From: Anaerolineae bacterium
GTDB taxonomy: Bacteria; Chloroflexota; Anaerolineae; B4-G1; DUEL01
Direction of reading: 5' to 3'
Length of the DNA stretch: 64,000 nt
Assembly: GCA_025060135.1 (NCBI GenBank)
Contig: JANXCY010000006.1
Coordinates: 16,205-80,204, forward strand
A program made the translations under genes and the position numbers. How positions within the stretch are numbered: position 1 is the first letter of the stretch; every line of letters begins with the position of its first letter. Under the pieces are notes generated by a model that saw nothing but the letters and a program-made list of their open reading frames with translations, had not been told where the DNA came from and did no database searches. Positions 29,927-39,825 of the stretch are shown piece by piece.

Positions 29927-32161
29927 CTACGGGCGATGGATGCTCTTCCACACCCGCTCCGGAGTCAGCGGGAATTCATGGAACCAGATGCCAATAGCAT
30001 CGTGGACTGCCGCGATCAGAGCGGGCGCGGCGGGGAGGACCGGCATCTCTCCCATCCCCCGCGCGCCCCAAGGCCCCCGTGGGTCGGGCCGCTCTACAAT
30101 GACCGATTCCACCCGCTCCGGCACATCCAGCGCGGTGGGGATCAGATAGGTGCTCAGCCGGTCGGTGAGGACCCGGCCTTCCCGGACGATGAAGTTCTCC
30201 ACAGTGGCCCAGCCCAATCCCATAACCACGCCGCCTTCTATCTGCCCCTCTACCTGCTGAGGGTTGATAGCCATCCCCACGTCGTTGGCACAGGCTACTC
30301 GGGGAATGCGAATCTGCCCGGTCTCGGTATCCACTTCTACCTCTACCGCTTCAGCGACATAACCATAGGCAAAGTTGGGAGTGCCATAACCGGTTTCCGG
30401 ATCAAAGGGAGTGGTCTTCGGAGCCAGATAGGTGTACTCGGCGACAGCGGGTCGCTCCTCCGCGCGCCATTTTTCCAGCGCGACTGCCGCCGCGCCCCGG
30501 ATGGCGTTGCCCGCCATAAAGGTGGTCCGGGAGGCTGAGGAGGAGCCGGAACTGCCAGGGCTGGTAGCGGTATCGGAGGAGACCAGACGGACCCGATCCA
30601 CCGGAATCCCCAGCGCCTCGGCGGCCATCTGGACGATGACTGTATGGGCCCCCTGACCCACCTCGGCGCTGCCTATGTAGACAACGGCCTCTTCTATCTC
30701 CACCTCTCCCCGCAGTTCCACCTTTGCCCAGCAGTTCTCCTGATAGCCAAAGGAGAAGCCGATGTTTTTGAAACCGACCGCAAAGCCAATCCCCCGTCGG
30801 ACCGGTCCAGACGGCTGGGGGAGTTCGGGCTTGCGCCAGCCGGATGCTGTCTTCACCCATCCGGCAGCAACCGCACACCGTTCCGTCACCTCCACCAGAT
30901 GGACGCCGCCCGGGAGGGGCGTCCCCATTGCCGTTAGGCTTCCTTCCCGCAGGAGGTTGCGCACCCGCAGTTCCACCGGGTCCATCCCCAATACTTCGGC
31001 CAGTTTGTTCATCTGCGTCTCTGCCAGAAAGAGGCCCTGGGGCGCGCCGAAGCCCCGCATGGCCGCACTGGGCGGGTTATTGGTGTAATAAGCATCCACG
31101 TCCACCCGGATGTTGGGGATTTCGTAAGGGCCCGTACAGGTAACAGTCAGATTCCCCATGACCTTGTTGGTGGTATAGCAGTAGGCGCCGCCGTCGGCGA
31201 CGACGCGCACTTCGGCGGCCACCAGTTTCCCCTCCCGGGTCGCGCCCCACCGGCAGCGAGCCCAGACGGGGTGCCGTTTCCCGTGCCCGATGATGGATTC
31301 TTCCCGTGTCCAGACGATTTTCACCGGGCGGCGGAGTTTCCAGGCCGCCAGGGCCAGGACAATCTGGATGGACATGTCTTCCCGTCCGCCAAAGGCACCA
31401 CCGATGGCCGGGTAGACCACCCGAATCTGCTCCGGTGGGAGATTCAGCGCGTGGGCAATCTGATGCTGGTCCTCCCAGGCCCATTGCCCGGCAACGATGA
31501 CGGTGATTCGCCCCTCTTCGTCTATGTAGGCCAGGCCAGCCTCCGGCTGAAGATATGCGTGCTCCTGCGAGGGAAGCCGGTATTCGGCCTCCACAACCAC
31601 GTCGCAGGCAGCCCAGGCGGCCTCTACGTCCCCCTTGCGAATCTGATGATGACTGATCCAGTTCCCCTCCGTCTGGAGTTCCGGATGGACAGGGTTGGGT
31701 GCGCGGGGCGGATGGATCGGATAGGCATCCGGTCTCATCGCCTCAAAGGGATCGGTGATGATCGGGAGGTCCTGGTACTCCACGCGGATGAGGTCTCGCG
31801 CGCGGGCGGCGGCCTCCTCCGTCTCGGCGACCACCAGGGCTACCTGGTCGCCCACCCAGCGGACGACATCGGCGCCAGGTTTAGCGGAGCCGGGCCCGCA
31901 GAGGACAGGCTGGTCGGGGGTCTGGAGACCGTATTCGTTGACAGGCACATCCTTCGCTGTGAAAATGGCCACCACACCGGGGACTTTCTCCGCATCGGAG
32001 GTTTCTATACTCAGGATGCGCGCGTGGGGCCGTCCGGCGAAGAGGATTTTGGCATACAGCATCCCCGGCATAGAGAAATCCCCGGGATACATCGCCTCGC
32101 CGGTAACTTTGGCGCGGGCATCGACGCGGGGAATGGATTGGCCAATGACTTGCTCGGGCAT
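29927..32161 (-). CDS. Xanthine dehydrogenase-family molybdopterin-binding subunit
   Basis: PRVDARAKVTG, QEHAYLQPE, IGGAFGG, AMRGFG, GQIEGG and ARGMGE motifs; GGAGGAGG RBS. Confidence 0.93.
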   Translation of the reverse strand: MPEQVIGQSIPRVDARAKVTGEAMYPGDFSMPGMLYAKILFAGRPHARILSIETSDAEKVPGVVAIFTAKDVPVNEYGLQTPDQPVLCGPGSAKPGADVVRWVGDQVALVVAETEEAAARARDLIRVEYQDLPIITDPFEAMRPDAYPIHPPRAPNPVHPELQTEGNWISHHQIRKGDVEAAWAACDVVVEAEYRLPSQEHAYLQPEAGLAYIDEEGRITVIVAGQWAWEDQHQIAHALNLPPEQIRVVYPAIGGAFGGREDMSIQIVLALAAWKLRRPVKIVWTREESIIGHGKRHPVWARCRWGATREGKLVAAEVRVVADGGAYCYTTNKVMGNLTVTCTGPYEIPNIRVDVDAYYTNNPPSAAMRGFGAPQGLFLAETQMNKLAEVLGMDPVELRVRNLLREGSLTAMGTPLPGGVHLVEVTERCAVAAGWVKTASGWRKPELPQPSGPVRRGIGFAVGFKNIGFSFGYQENCWAKVELRGEVEIEEAVVYIGSAEVGQGAHTVIVQMAAEALGIPVDRVRLVSSDTATSPGSSGSSSASRTTFMAGNAIRGAAAVALEKWRAEERPAVAEYTYLAPKTTPFDPETGYGTPNFAYGYVAEAVEVEVDTETGQIRIPRVACANDVGMAINPQQVEGQIEGGVVMGLGWATVENFIVREGRVLTDRLSTYLIPTALDVPERVESVIVERPDPRGPWGARGMGEMPVLPAAPALIAAVHDAIGIWFHEFPLTPERVWKSIHRP

Positions 32162-32352
32162 AACCGTTACCTCCTCCATACGGTCTCATCCAACCAGGCC
32201 CCTTTCCCAAATGCACCACTTCGTGTATCATATCAGGAAAGGCTTCCCGATGCAAGGGAAGACGAGGGCCGGGTAAAGGGGGCGAAATCATCGGTCCGAT
32301 GCCGATCCCCTCGGCCAATCGGGATCGACAAAACCGTACCTATTTCGCTGGG

Positions 32353-34800
32353 TTATGGCCCATAGAGGGCAGCGTAGACAGCGTAGTGCTCCCGAATCCG
32401 CTGGAGGTAGAGTCGTGTCTCTCCCAGCGTGATGGATTCCAGGAACAGGTCCACATCCTCACCGGCCGCATCCAGCCAGCGCTGCGCGTTAGAGGGCCCC
32501 CCGTTGTAGGCAGCCAGCGCCACATCCAGCCGCCCAAAGCGGTCCCGCTGACGTGCCAGATACCAGACTCCGAAGCGGACACTGACATAGGGTCGGTACA
32601 GGTCGGCGGTGCGGTAGTTCGGCGGCCAGCCCAGTTGACTGGCAATGTACTCGCCGGTGGAGGGAATAACCTGCATCAGGCCATGGGCGGCGGCCGAGGA
32701 GGTGGCCAGGGCTTCAAAAAGGCTCTCTTGGCGGACCAGCGCGAATAGCAGAAGCGGCGAAAGCCCCTCCCGTCCGGCTTCGGCCACGACAAGGTCTTCG
32801 TAGTACGTGGGATAGGCCAGACGGGCCAGGAAGGGAGGCGCGTCCCCCGGGGAGACGCCGGTCAGCCGCAGGACCGTCGCCGCGGCCAGGATGGAAGAAC
32901 GGTAGAGGCCAATATCGCGGAACAGGAGGGCCAGCCGATACTGGGTCAGGACATCTCCAGCAGTGGCCTGCCGGAGGGCCTCCAGTTCGGCCTTTGCTTC
33001 CTCAGGCCGGCCCAGCCGCCAGAGTTCCAGCCCGCGTATCAGACGGGGGTCGCTCAGGAGCGCGGCATCCGGCTCGCCCAGGCGGTCCGCCGAAGCCAGA
33101 CCCAGATGCGCGGCCAGCCACGCTTCCGCATCGGCGCGCATCTGAGGCGTCTCCGGGACAGGCTCGTAGCGGACCGGCGGGAAAGGGGAAGCGTTCGGAT
33201 CGGCCAGGAGGTCTGCCGCGCGCAGGCCATAGTATCCGGTGGGTTCCGCCTGGACCGCCTGGCTGAGGGCATCGGTGGCCGACAGGGTCTGCCCGATAGC
33301 CCGGTACGCCTTGCCCAACCAGAGGAATCCGGCGGCCCGGTAGCGGGACTGCGGGTATCCATCCACCAGGGTGCGCCAGTCCGCGATGGCGGCATCCAAT
33401 GCGCCCAGGCGGTAGCGCTGGAGGCCCGCCCGCAGGAGGGAAGGCGGAGCGTATTCCGAAGCCGGAAACGTCCGATAGACGGCCTCGTAAAGGTCGGCGG
33501 CCTCTCCGATCCGTCCGGCCCGTTCCAGGAGACCAGCAGCGGCCCAGAGAGCTTCCGGTGCGCGGGGGTGCGCCGGCGCGGTCGCCGCAAAGGTCCGATA
33601 AATCTCCACCGCGCCATCCATGTCCCCCTGGGCAGCCAGAGCCTGGGCCCACCCCATCCAGCCATCTCCCCAGTGCTCGTTTTCAGGATGAGTCTCCACC
33701 AGAATGCGGAACTGAGAGGCTGCCAGCCCGGGGCTTCCGGCCGCCAGATGGGCCAGCCCGGCATAGTAGTGAGCGTCGCCGGAATGGGTCTGGGGGTGGG
33801 CATTAATATAGCGGTAAAGGGCCTCCACAGCAGGTCCGTAGGCACCGCCGTAGTAGTCCACGATACCCCTCGTCAGGTCGTCCACCGGCACTCCGGCCTC
33901 CACCAGGGCAATGAGAGACTGGTAGGCCCAGGGGCTTTCGGGATAATGCTGGACGACGCCCAGGAAACGATCGTAGGCTTCATTGGGCCGACCCAGCAGG
34001 AGGAGCGTCTGGGCAGCCTGGTGCTGGATGCGGGCCCGGTACCCGGGGATGCGAGCACGGGCCAGGATGAGATCGTATTGCGCCAGCGCCCCTTCGTAAT
34101 TCCCCTGGGCGGCCAGGGTCAGGGCCAGTTTCTCTCGCACGCCAACCTCAAAAGAGAGATCGGGAGCCGCGTCTATGGCCGACTGGTAGGCACTGACAGC
34201 AGCGGAGTAGTCCGCACCCGCGCGGAGCGCGTCCCCCAGCCACTCGTAGACGTAAGGCGCGATGGCCGTCCCTTCCTGCAAGTAGGCCTGGTACTGCTGA
34301 GCCGCTCCCTGTGGATCACCCTGACCCAGGAGCGCCTGGGCCAGCAGGATACGGGCATCATGGGCCTCCCGAGCAGACGGGAAGCGGGTCAGAAGTTCCT
34401 GGAGAACAGTCGCTGCCCGGGCGTAATCCTCGTCCAGAAGAAGGGCCTTTCCCATCCCCAAGAGAGCCCGGGGAGCCAATTCTCCGTTGGGGTCGGCGAA
34501 GTAGGCGGCATGGAGAACCGGAAGGGCCGCTCCAGTATCGCCAACGCTCAGTGCCACCTCCCCCTGCCGGAGGAGCAGGTCCGGAGACGGAGTCGGCGTG
34601 GGGGTCGGAGTCGGCGTAGGCGTTGGAGTGGGAGTCGGCGTGAAGGTCGGAGTAGGGGTAGCTGTAGGAGTAGGAGACGGCGTGGGCGTGGCCAGAAAGA
34701 GCGACCATCCTTCCAAACGACAGGCCAAGGCAACCAGCAAAAGGAACAGAGAACCCCATGCCAGGAAGTGGATCAAAGGGTTGGATAAGCCTGCACGCAT
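32353..34800 (-). CDS. TPR-repeat soluble lytic transglycosylase (SLT), probable lipoprotein
   Basis: LVALAC lipobox, PT linker, TPR repeats, and C-terminal VRQESLF, GLMQV, AAYNGG and ETRLY motifs. Confidence 0.9.
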   Translation of the reverse strand: MRAGLSNPLIHFLAWGSLFLLLVALACRLEGWSLFLATPTPSPTPTATPTPTFTPTPTPTPTPTPTPTPTPSPDLLLRQGEVALSVGDTGAALPVLHAAYFADPNGELAPRALLGMGKALLLDEDYARAATVLQELLTRFPSAREAHDARILLAQALLGQGDPQGAAQQYQAYLQEGTAIAPYVYEWLGDALRAGADYSAAVSAYQSAIDAAPDLSFEVGVREKLALTLAAQGNYEGALAQYDLILARARIPGYRARIQHQAAQTLLLLGRPNEAYDRFLGVVQHYPESPWAYQSLIALVEAGVPVDDLTRGIVDYYGGAYGPAVEALYRYINAHPQTHSGDAHYYAGLAHLAAGSPGLAASQFRILVETHPENEHWGDGWMGWAQALAAQGDMDGAVEIYRTFAATAPAHPRAPEALWAAAGLLERAGRIGEAADLYEAVYRTFPASEYAPPSLLRAGLQRYRLGALDAAIADWRTLVDGYPQSRYRAAGFLWLGKAYRAIGQTLSATDALSQAVQAEPTGYYGLRAADLLADPNASPFPPVRYEPVPETPQMRADAEAWLAAHLGLASADRLGEPDAALLSDPRLIRGLELWRLGRPEEAKAELEALRQATAGDVLTQYRLALLFRDIGLYRSSILAAATVLRLTGVSPGDAPPFLARLAYPTYYEDLVVAEAGREGLSPLLLFALVRQESLFEALATSSAAAHGLMQVIPSTGEYIASQLGWPPNYRTADLYRPYVSVRFGVWYLARQRDRFGRLDVALAAYNGGPSNAQRWLDAAGEDVDLFLESITLGETRLYLQRIREHYAVYAALYGP

Positions 34801-34857
34801 AGCGTGCATATTGTACCCGAAAAAGAAAGGGAGAGCAACCAACAATGGGAGGCGCCC

Positions 34858-35409
34858 ATGGGGCAAACGTTGCTGTTGACCGGAAGACCGGGTGTCGGGA
34901 AGACAACAGTGATCAAGGCAGTGGTGGAGGCGCTGGGCCCCCGGGCAGGCGGATTCTACACCGAGGAGATTCGCGGGCCCGGTGGCCGGAAAGGATTCCG
35001 TCTGATCACTCTGGACGGGGAAGAAGCCGTGATGGCCCATGTGGAGTTTCGCGGCCCCCGCTATCCCCGTGTGAGCCGGTACGGGGTGGATGTGGAAGCC
35101 ATCGCGCAGGTGGGGGTAGAGGCCCTGCGGCGGGCAATGCGGTCAGGGCGCATCATCGTGGTGGACGAAATCGGCAAAATGGAACTCTTCTGCGGCTCGT
35201 TCAAGGAGACAGTCCTCCAGGCCATCAGTGGCCCGTATATCGTCCTGGCGACGGTGATGGCTCACCCCCACCCCTGGACTGATGCACTGAAAGCCCTCCC
35301 CACCCTAACCCTCTGGGAGGTAACAGTGGAAAACCGGACCGGGATGCCCGAGCGGGTCCGGCGCTGGATAGAGCAGGTAACTCGCTCAGCAGCAGGAGTT
35401 ACGCCCTGA
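34858..35409 (+). CDS. NTPase (THEP1/NTPase_1 family)
   Basis: TGRPGVGKTT, GGFYTEEIR, RYGVD and VDEIGKME motifs. Confidence 0.92.
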   Translation: MGQTLLLTGRPGVGKTTVIKAVVEALGPRAGGFYTEEIRGPGGRKGFRLITLDGEEAVMAHVEFRGPRYPRVSRYGVDVEAIAQVGVEALRRAMRSGRIIVVDEIGKMELFCGSFKETVLQAISGPYIVLATVMAHPHPWTDALKALPTLTLWEVTVENRTGMPERVRRWIEQVTRSAAGVTP

Positions 35410-35473
35410 TCCTTCGGATACCGGCGGATAATGATGCGGAGCATCCGCTGTGAACCGGCATCCCACAGACTAA

Positions 35474-35550
35474 GCGCAGGCCCGGCGGCCTGCGTTACAC
35501 CGTAGCACCGGCTGTTCGCCTGGGGTTGCAGGCCCGGCGGCCTGGGCTAC
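35474..35550. repeat. Cluster of three GTAG REP-like units
   Basis: gcgcaggcccggcggcctgcgttac, gtagcaccggctgttcgcctgggg and gcaggcccggcggcctgggctac. Confidence 0.7.
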
Positions 35551-35671
35551 AGGGCAAACTACGGAGATCCTATAAGGAGATTGGTCGCTTATCCCCTTCG
35601 CGGGTTTCAAAGTTCCCTTTGCGCTCCGCCTTTCTCGTGGTAAAATAAACCCATCTACAGGGAGGTGTCCG

Positions 35672-36328
35672 ATGGAACTGGCGCGCTATCTCAGCATCCT
35701 GCGGAAACGCTGGTGGATCATCCTGGTGGCTGTCCTGGCGACGGCCATCAGCGCGGTGGTCTTCAGCCGCCTGCAGACCCCCGTCTATCAGTCTACCGCC
35801 GAGGTAGTCATCCAGCCTGCTCGCCCCGACTTCGGCCTCACCCAATCCGCCAAGACGCTCCTACGTTCGTACATGACTGTTGCCGATTCCAATAAATGGG
35901 CCCGGGAAGTCCTGAATCGGGAGCGGCTGGACATGGAGCCGGAGGAACTGCGGGCCAACGCCCGCTTTGCCGCCGAAGACGACCGCATGATTATCCGGAT
36001 TGAGATTGAGGACACCGATGGCGAGGTCGCCAACCGGATCGCCAGAACTTGGGCCACCTTGCTGGTAGAATGGCGCGACCAGGAAAACCAGAGGCAACGC
36101 AAAGAAGACCGGGTCTTCGCGGAACTGCGGGACGACCCCACCTATTCCCAGACCTGGCCCCCGCGCCTGCCCATTATGGCGATGGCCGGGGCCATCCTCG
36201 GCCTGATCCTCGCTTTCGTCATCATCTTCTTCCTGGAATGGGCCGAGTCGGGCATCCTTCGCACTCCTGAAGATGTGGAACAAGGGCTGGGCCTGACGGT
36301 GCTGGGCATTGTTCCTCCGGCCGAATAA
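35672..36328 (+). CDS. Wzz/CpsC-type polysaccharide co-polymerase (BY-kinase activator)
   Basis: MELARYLSILRKRWWII, TPVYQSTA, two TM helices and EQGLGLTVLGIVP; TTGCGC-16-TAAAAT promoter at 35619. Confidence 0.88.
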   Translation: MELARYLSILRKRWWIILVAVLATAISAVVFSRLQTPVYQSTAEVVIQPARPDFGLTQSAKTLLRSYMTVADSNKWAREVLNRERLDMEPEELRANARFAAEDDRMIIRIEIEDTDGEVANRIARTWATLLVEWRDQENQRQRKEDRVFAELRDDPTYSQTWPPRLPIMAMAGAILGLILAFVIIFFLEWAESGILRTPEDVEQGLGLTVLGIVPPAE

Positions 36329-36345
36329 CTGATGGGAGACTACCG

Positions 36346-37002
36346 ATGAGCAAACTTCCACTGATCACTATGACCGATCCCCGTTCACCGGTCGCGGAGG
36401 CCTATCGGACACTGCGGACCAACCTGACATTCGCGGGCCTGGACCAGCCCATTGAGAAACTGGTGATCACTTCTCCGGCTCCCGATCGGGAGAAGTCCAT
36501 CGCAGCGGCGAACCTGGCCGTGACGATGGCCCAGGGCGAGCGCCGAACCATTCTGGTGGACGCTGACCTGCGTCGGCCGGTCCTCCACGAAATTTTCGGT
36601 GTTTCCAGCGAGCGCGGCCTGACGACGATGTTCGTGGACCCTCAGGCGCGGGCCGATCCCCCGCTGGTAGAGGTCGGAGTGGAGAACCTCTGGTTGCTTC
36701 CCAGCGGGCCATTGCCCCCCAATCCCGCCGACCTGCTGGGCTCCCGTCGGATGGGAGAAATCATCGCCGCCCTCCACTCCCGGGCCGACATCCTCATCTT
36801 TGACGTCCCACCCGTCCTGGTGGCCACCGACGCGGCGGTTCTGGGCATGAAGGTGGACGGGGTCCTGCTGGTCGTGGTCGCCGGTCGCACCCGCCGGGAG
36901 CAGGCCCGACAGGCCCAGGAACTGCTGGAACGGGCCCGGGTCCGCATCGTCGGCGCCGTGCTGACCGACGTGCCAGCCCTCATGGCTCGGCGGTATTACT
37001 AA
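36346..37002 (+). CDS. CpsD/CapB-family tyrosine kinase with deviant Walker A
   Basis: EAYRTLRTN, LVDADLRRP, SGPLPPNPADLL and IFDVPP motifs; Walker A reads PDREKS. Confidence 0.88.
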   Translation: MSKLPLITMTDPRSPVAEAYRTLRTNLTFAGLDQPIEKLVITSPAPDREKSIAAANLAVTMAQGERRTILVDADLRRPVLHEIFGVSSERGLTTMFVDPQARADPPLVEVGVENLWLLPSGPLPPNPADLLGSRRMGEIIAALHSRADILIFDVPPVLVATDAAVLGMKVDGVLLVVVAGRTRREQARQAQELLERARVRIVGAVLTDVPALMARRYY

Positions 37003-37046
37003 ACTGCATCGGCCATAAGACGCGGTAACACAAGGAAAAGAGCTCC

Positions 37047-37655
37047 ATGCGCGACTTCCGCGCAGCGGCAGAATGGAACTTCCTGTTTGTCGGCGTCGGC
37101 GGTCAGGGCGTGCTGACCGCCTCGGACATTGCCGCGCAGGTCGGGCTGGACCTGGGCTTAGAAGCCAAGAAATCGGAAGTGCATGGGTTTGCCCAGCGAG
37201 GCGGTGTGGTGGAAAGCCACGTCCGCTGGGGAAAGCGGGTCGGGGCTCCCATCGCTGAGCCGGGGACAGTGGACATCCTGGTAGCCTTTGAACTCCTGGA
37301 GGCCGTCCGCTGGATAGAATGGCTGCGGCCAGGCGGAAGCGTAGTTGTCAACCGCCAGAAGATTGCGCCAATGTCGGTAACTGTGGGCAACACAGTCTAT
37401 CCGGAGGAGGCGGCCATCCTGGACGCGCTGCGTCGTCGGGCCGCGCGGGTGGTTCTGGTGGATGGGCTGAGCCTGGCCCGACAGGTCGGGACGATCCGTG
37501 CCGTCAACAGCGTCATCCTGGGCGCGCTTTCCGCTCTTCTGGAGACTCCGCCGGAAGTGTGGGAAGAGGCTATTATCCGGCGCGTCCCCCCGCGCTATGT
37601 GGAGGCCAACCAGGCTGCTTTCCGCCTGGGCCGGGAAGCCGCCCTGCATTCGTAA
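37047..37655 (+). CDS. iorB: Indolepyruvate oxidoreductase beta subunit
   Basis: GVGGQGVL, KSEVHGFAQRGGVVESHVR and NQAAFRLG motifs. Confidence 0.9.
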   Translation: MRDFRAAAEWNFLFVGVGGQGVLTASDIAAQVGLDLGLEAKKSEVHGFAQRGGVVESHVRWGKRVGAPIAEPGTVDILVAFELLEAVRWIEWLRPGGSVVVNRQKIAPMSVTVGNTVYPEEAAILDALRRRAARVVLVDGLSLARQVGTIRAVNSVILGALSALLETPPEVWEEAIIRRVPPRYVEANQAAFRLGREAALHS

Positions 37656-37719
37656 GAGCACGCCGGAAAATCCTGGCTCTCCGGGAATTTGCGGCCAGGT
37701 AACGCCGATCGCCCGGCCG

Positions 37720-37832
37720 GTATCCCGGTATCGTCCGGGCCAACAAGCCTACGCTACGTTGGACGAGTTGCCGACTGGCGTAGCCGGTGGTCCCGTATCC
37801 CGGTATCGTCCGGGCCAACAAGCCTACGCTAC
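37720..37832. repeat. Two identical 38-bp direct repeats around a 37-bp unique spacer (CRISPR-like geometry, REP-related sequence)
   Basis: GTATCCCGGTATCGTCCGGGCCAACAAGCCTACGCTAC at 37720-37757 and 37795-37832. Confidence 0.85.
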
Positions 37833-38077
37833 GGGGAACGCAGAGCGCTGTACCGCAGGCCGCCCGGCCTGCAACCCGTCGCCGAAACCCGCAGGCAGCC
37901 CTTTCTTTTCAGGCCACATCGGGTACAGCCCCGAGCCCTGGGTACCCTTTGTGGCCTTGGGGGTGAAAAATTCGGGGTTTGCAGCCACCTCCGGCCATCG
38001 CAAACCCCTCTTTTGTAACCGTAACTTCTGGACGCGATGGCTGTTATTATGTATATAACTCTGAAGCAGAGGTGGAC

Positions 38078-38983
38078 ATGAAGGCAGACCATTTGCTCAT
38101 CGTCAACCCCGTTGCCGGACGGGGAGCCGGAGAGCGGGTCATCCCCATCATCATTCGGTTGCTCCGGGAGTATGGCCTCTCCTTTGATTGGGTGCGCACA
38201 GAGCGGCCCTGGCATGCCGCGGAACTGGCCCGCCAGGCAGTGAGGAGCGGCTACCAGAAAGTGATCGCCGTGGGCGGGGACGGGACATCCAACGAGGTCC
38301 TGAATGGGTTGATGACAGCCCGGGAGGCCGGGGAGGGCGAAGCCACCATGGGCGTACTCTGCGTCGGTACCGGCAACGACTTCGCCTACGGCATGGGCAT
38401 CCCCCTGGACCTGGAGAAGGGGTGCGCAGCCCTGGCCCGGGGGCGCACCCGTCGCGTGGACGTGGGGCATGCCCGGGGCTTCCGCTACTTCGGCAACGGC
38501 ATCGGCATCGGCTTTGATGCGGCTGTGAACGTTGTCGCTTCCCGTCTCCGGCGGCTCCGGGGGTTCCTGGTGTACCTCATCGCTGTCCTGCGCACGCTCA
38601 TCTTCTACTACCGCGCGCCGCTTACCCGAATAGAACTGGACGATAACACCCTGGAACAACCCGCGCTGATGATTTCGGTGATGAACGGGCGGCGGATGGG
38701 CGGCGGCTTCCTGATGACTCCTTTCTCTCGGCCCGACGATGGCCTCTTTGATCTCTGCATTGGGGGAAAGATGAATCAACTGGAGATGCTCTCCTTCGTC
38801 CCCCGCTTTATGAAGGGAACCCAAGTCGGCGATCCCCGGGTCACCATGGCCCGCTCCCGTCGGGTTCGGGTAACCGTTCAGGACGGAGCCCAGGTCGTCC
38901 ACGCCGACGGGGAGACCCTGACCCTGGAAGCGCGCGAACTGGACCTGGAGGTGATCCCCCAGAGCCTGAGCGTGATTGTGTAA
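38078..38983 (+). CDS. Diacylglycerol/sphingosine kinase-family (YegS/DgkB) lipid kinase
   Basis: NPVAG, GGDGT, GTGNDFA, GFDA, MGGG and HADGE motifs. Confidence 0.92.
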   Translation: MKADHLLIVNPVAGRGAGERVIPIIIRLLREYGLSFDWVRTERPWHAAELARQAVRSGYQKVIAVGGDGTSNEVLNGLMTAREAGEGEATMGVLCVGTGNDFAYGMGIPLDLEKGCAALARGRTRRVDVGHARGFRYFGNGIGIGFDAAVNVVASRLRRLRGFLVYLIAVLRTLIFYYRAPLTRIELDDNTLEQPALMISVMNGRRMGGGFLMTPFSRPDDGLFDLCIGGKMNQLEMLSFVPRFMKGTQVGDPRVTMARSRRVRVTVQDGAQVVHADGETLTLEARELDLEVIPQSLSVIV

Positions 38984-39018
38984 TCTTCGCCCATGGGAGA
39001 GCATTGGGGAGATAACCA

Positions 39019-39816
39019 ATGGCCCGACCGTTTCTTCAAGGCCGTGTCGCGCTGGTAACCGGTGCTTCCAGTGGCATCGGACGAGCCACCGCGCTGCTGC
39101 TGGCACGGGCAGGAGCCTACCTGGCACTGGTGGCCCGCCGCGAAGACCTGCTCCGGGAGGTCGCTGGGGAAATGGAGAGAATGGGACAGGAGGCCTTGGT
39201 CCTCCCCGCCGACGTCACCCGGCCGGAGGAAATGGCGCGCGCGGCCGAGCAGACCATTGCTCGCTGGGGGCGGATAGACGTCCTGGTGGCCTGCGCTGGT
39301 GCCTATATCCGCGCCCCCGTTCTCCAGATGACCATCGCCGACGTGGAGCAGTCGATGGCGGTGAACTTCTACGGCGTCCTCCACGCCGTCCAGGCCGTCC
39401 TCCCCCATATGGTAGCCCAAAAGAGCGGCCACATCGTCATCGTCTCTTCCGCCGACGGCAAAAAGGGCATCCCACCGGACGGCCCCTATGTGGCGGCGAA
39501 ATTCGCTGTCACCGGCCTAGGCGACATCCTGCGGCAGGAACTGCGGCCCTACGGTATCGCCGTTACCACCATCTTCCCCGGACGGGTGGATACGCCGATG
39601 ATCGCCCACCTACGGGTGCCCTGGATTTCGGCCAAAATCCCACCGGAGACAGTAGCGCGAGCCGTTCTGCGCGCCCTGCGCCGCCGCTCTCCGGAGATCA
39701 TCCTCCCCTTCCAAGTCCGTCTGTTCGTCTACCTTAGTGCCCTTTTTCCTTCCTTGGGCGACTGGTTCACCCGCCAGTTTCATCTGGAAGGATGGGAACA
39801 ACCTGGCAGATCATAA
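39019..39816 (+). CDS. SDR oxidoreductase
   Basis: TGASSGIG and YVAAK motifs; hydrophobic C-terminus. Confidence 0.92.
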   Translation: MARPFLQGRVALVTGASSGIGRATALLLARAGAYLALVARREDLLREVAGEMERMGQEALVLPADVTRPEEMARAAEQTIARWGRIDVLVACAGAYIRAPVLQMTIADVEQSMAVNFYGVLHAVQAVLPHMVAQKSGHIVIVSSADGKKGIPPDGPYVAAKFAVTGLGDILRQELRPYGIAVTTIFPGRVDTPMIAHLRVPWISAKIPPETVARAVLRALRRRSPEIILPFQVRLFVYLSALFPSLGDWFTRQFHLEGWEQPGRS

Positions 39817-39825
39817 GGGGGGCTG

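Noticed and set aside
34586-34692. Hexamer-like tandem repeats (also 43168-43382)
   Set aside because: They simply encode Pro-Thr linkers with varied codons.
37720-37832. Calling a bona fide CRISPR array
   Set aside because: Only two repeats, no cas genes or clear leader, and the repeat resembles local REPs. Kept as a repeat and a finding.
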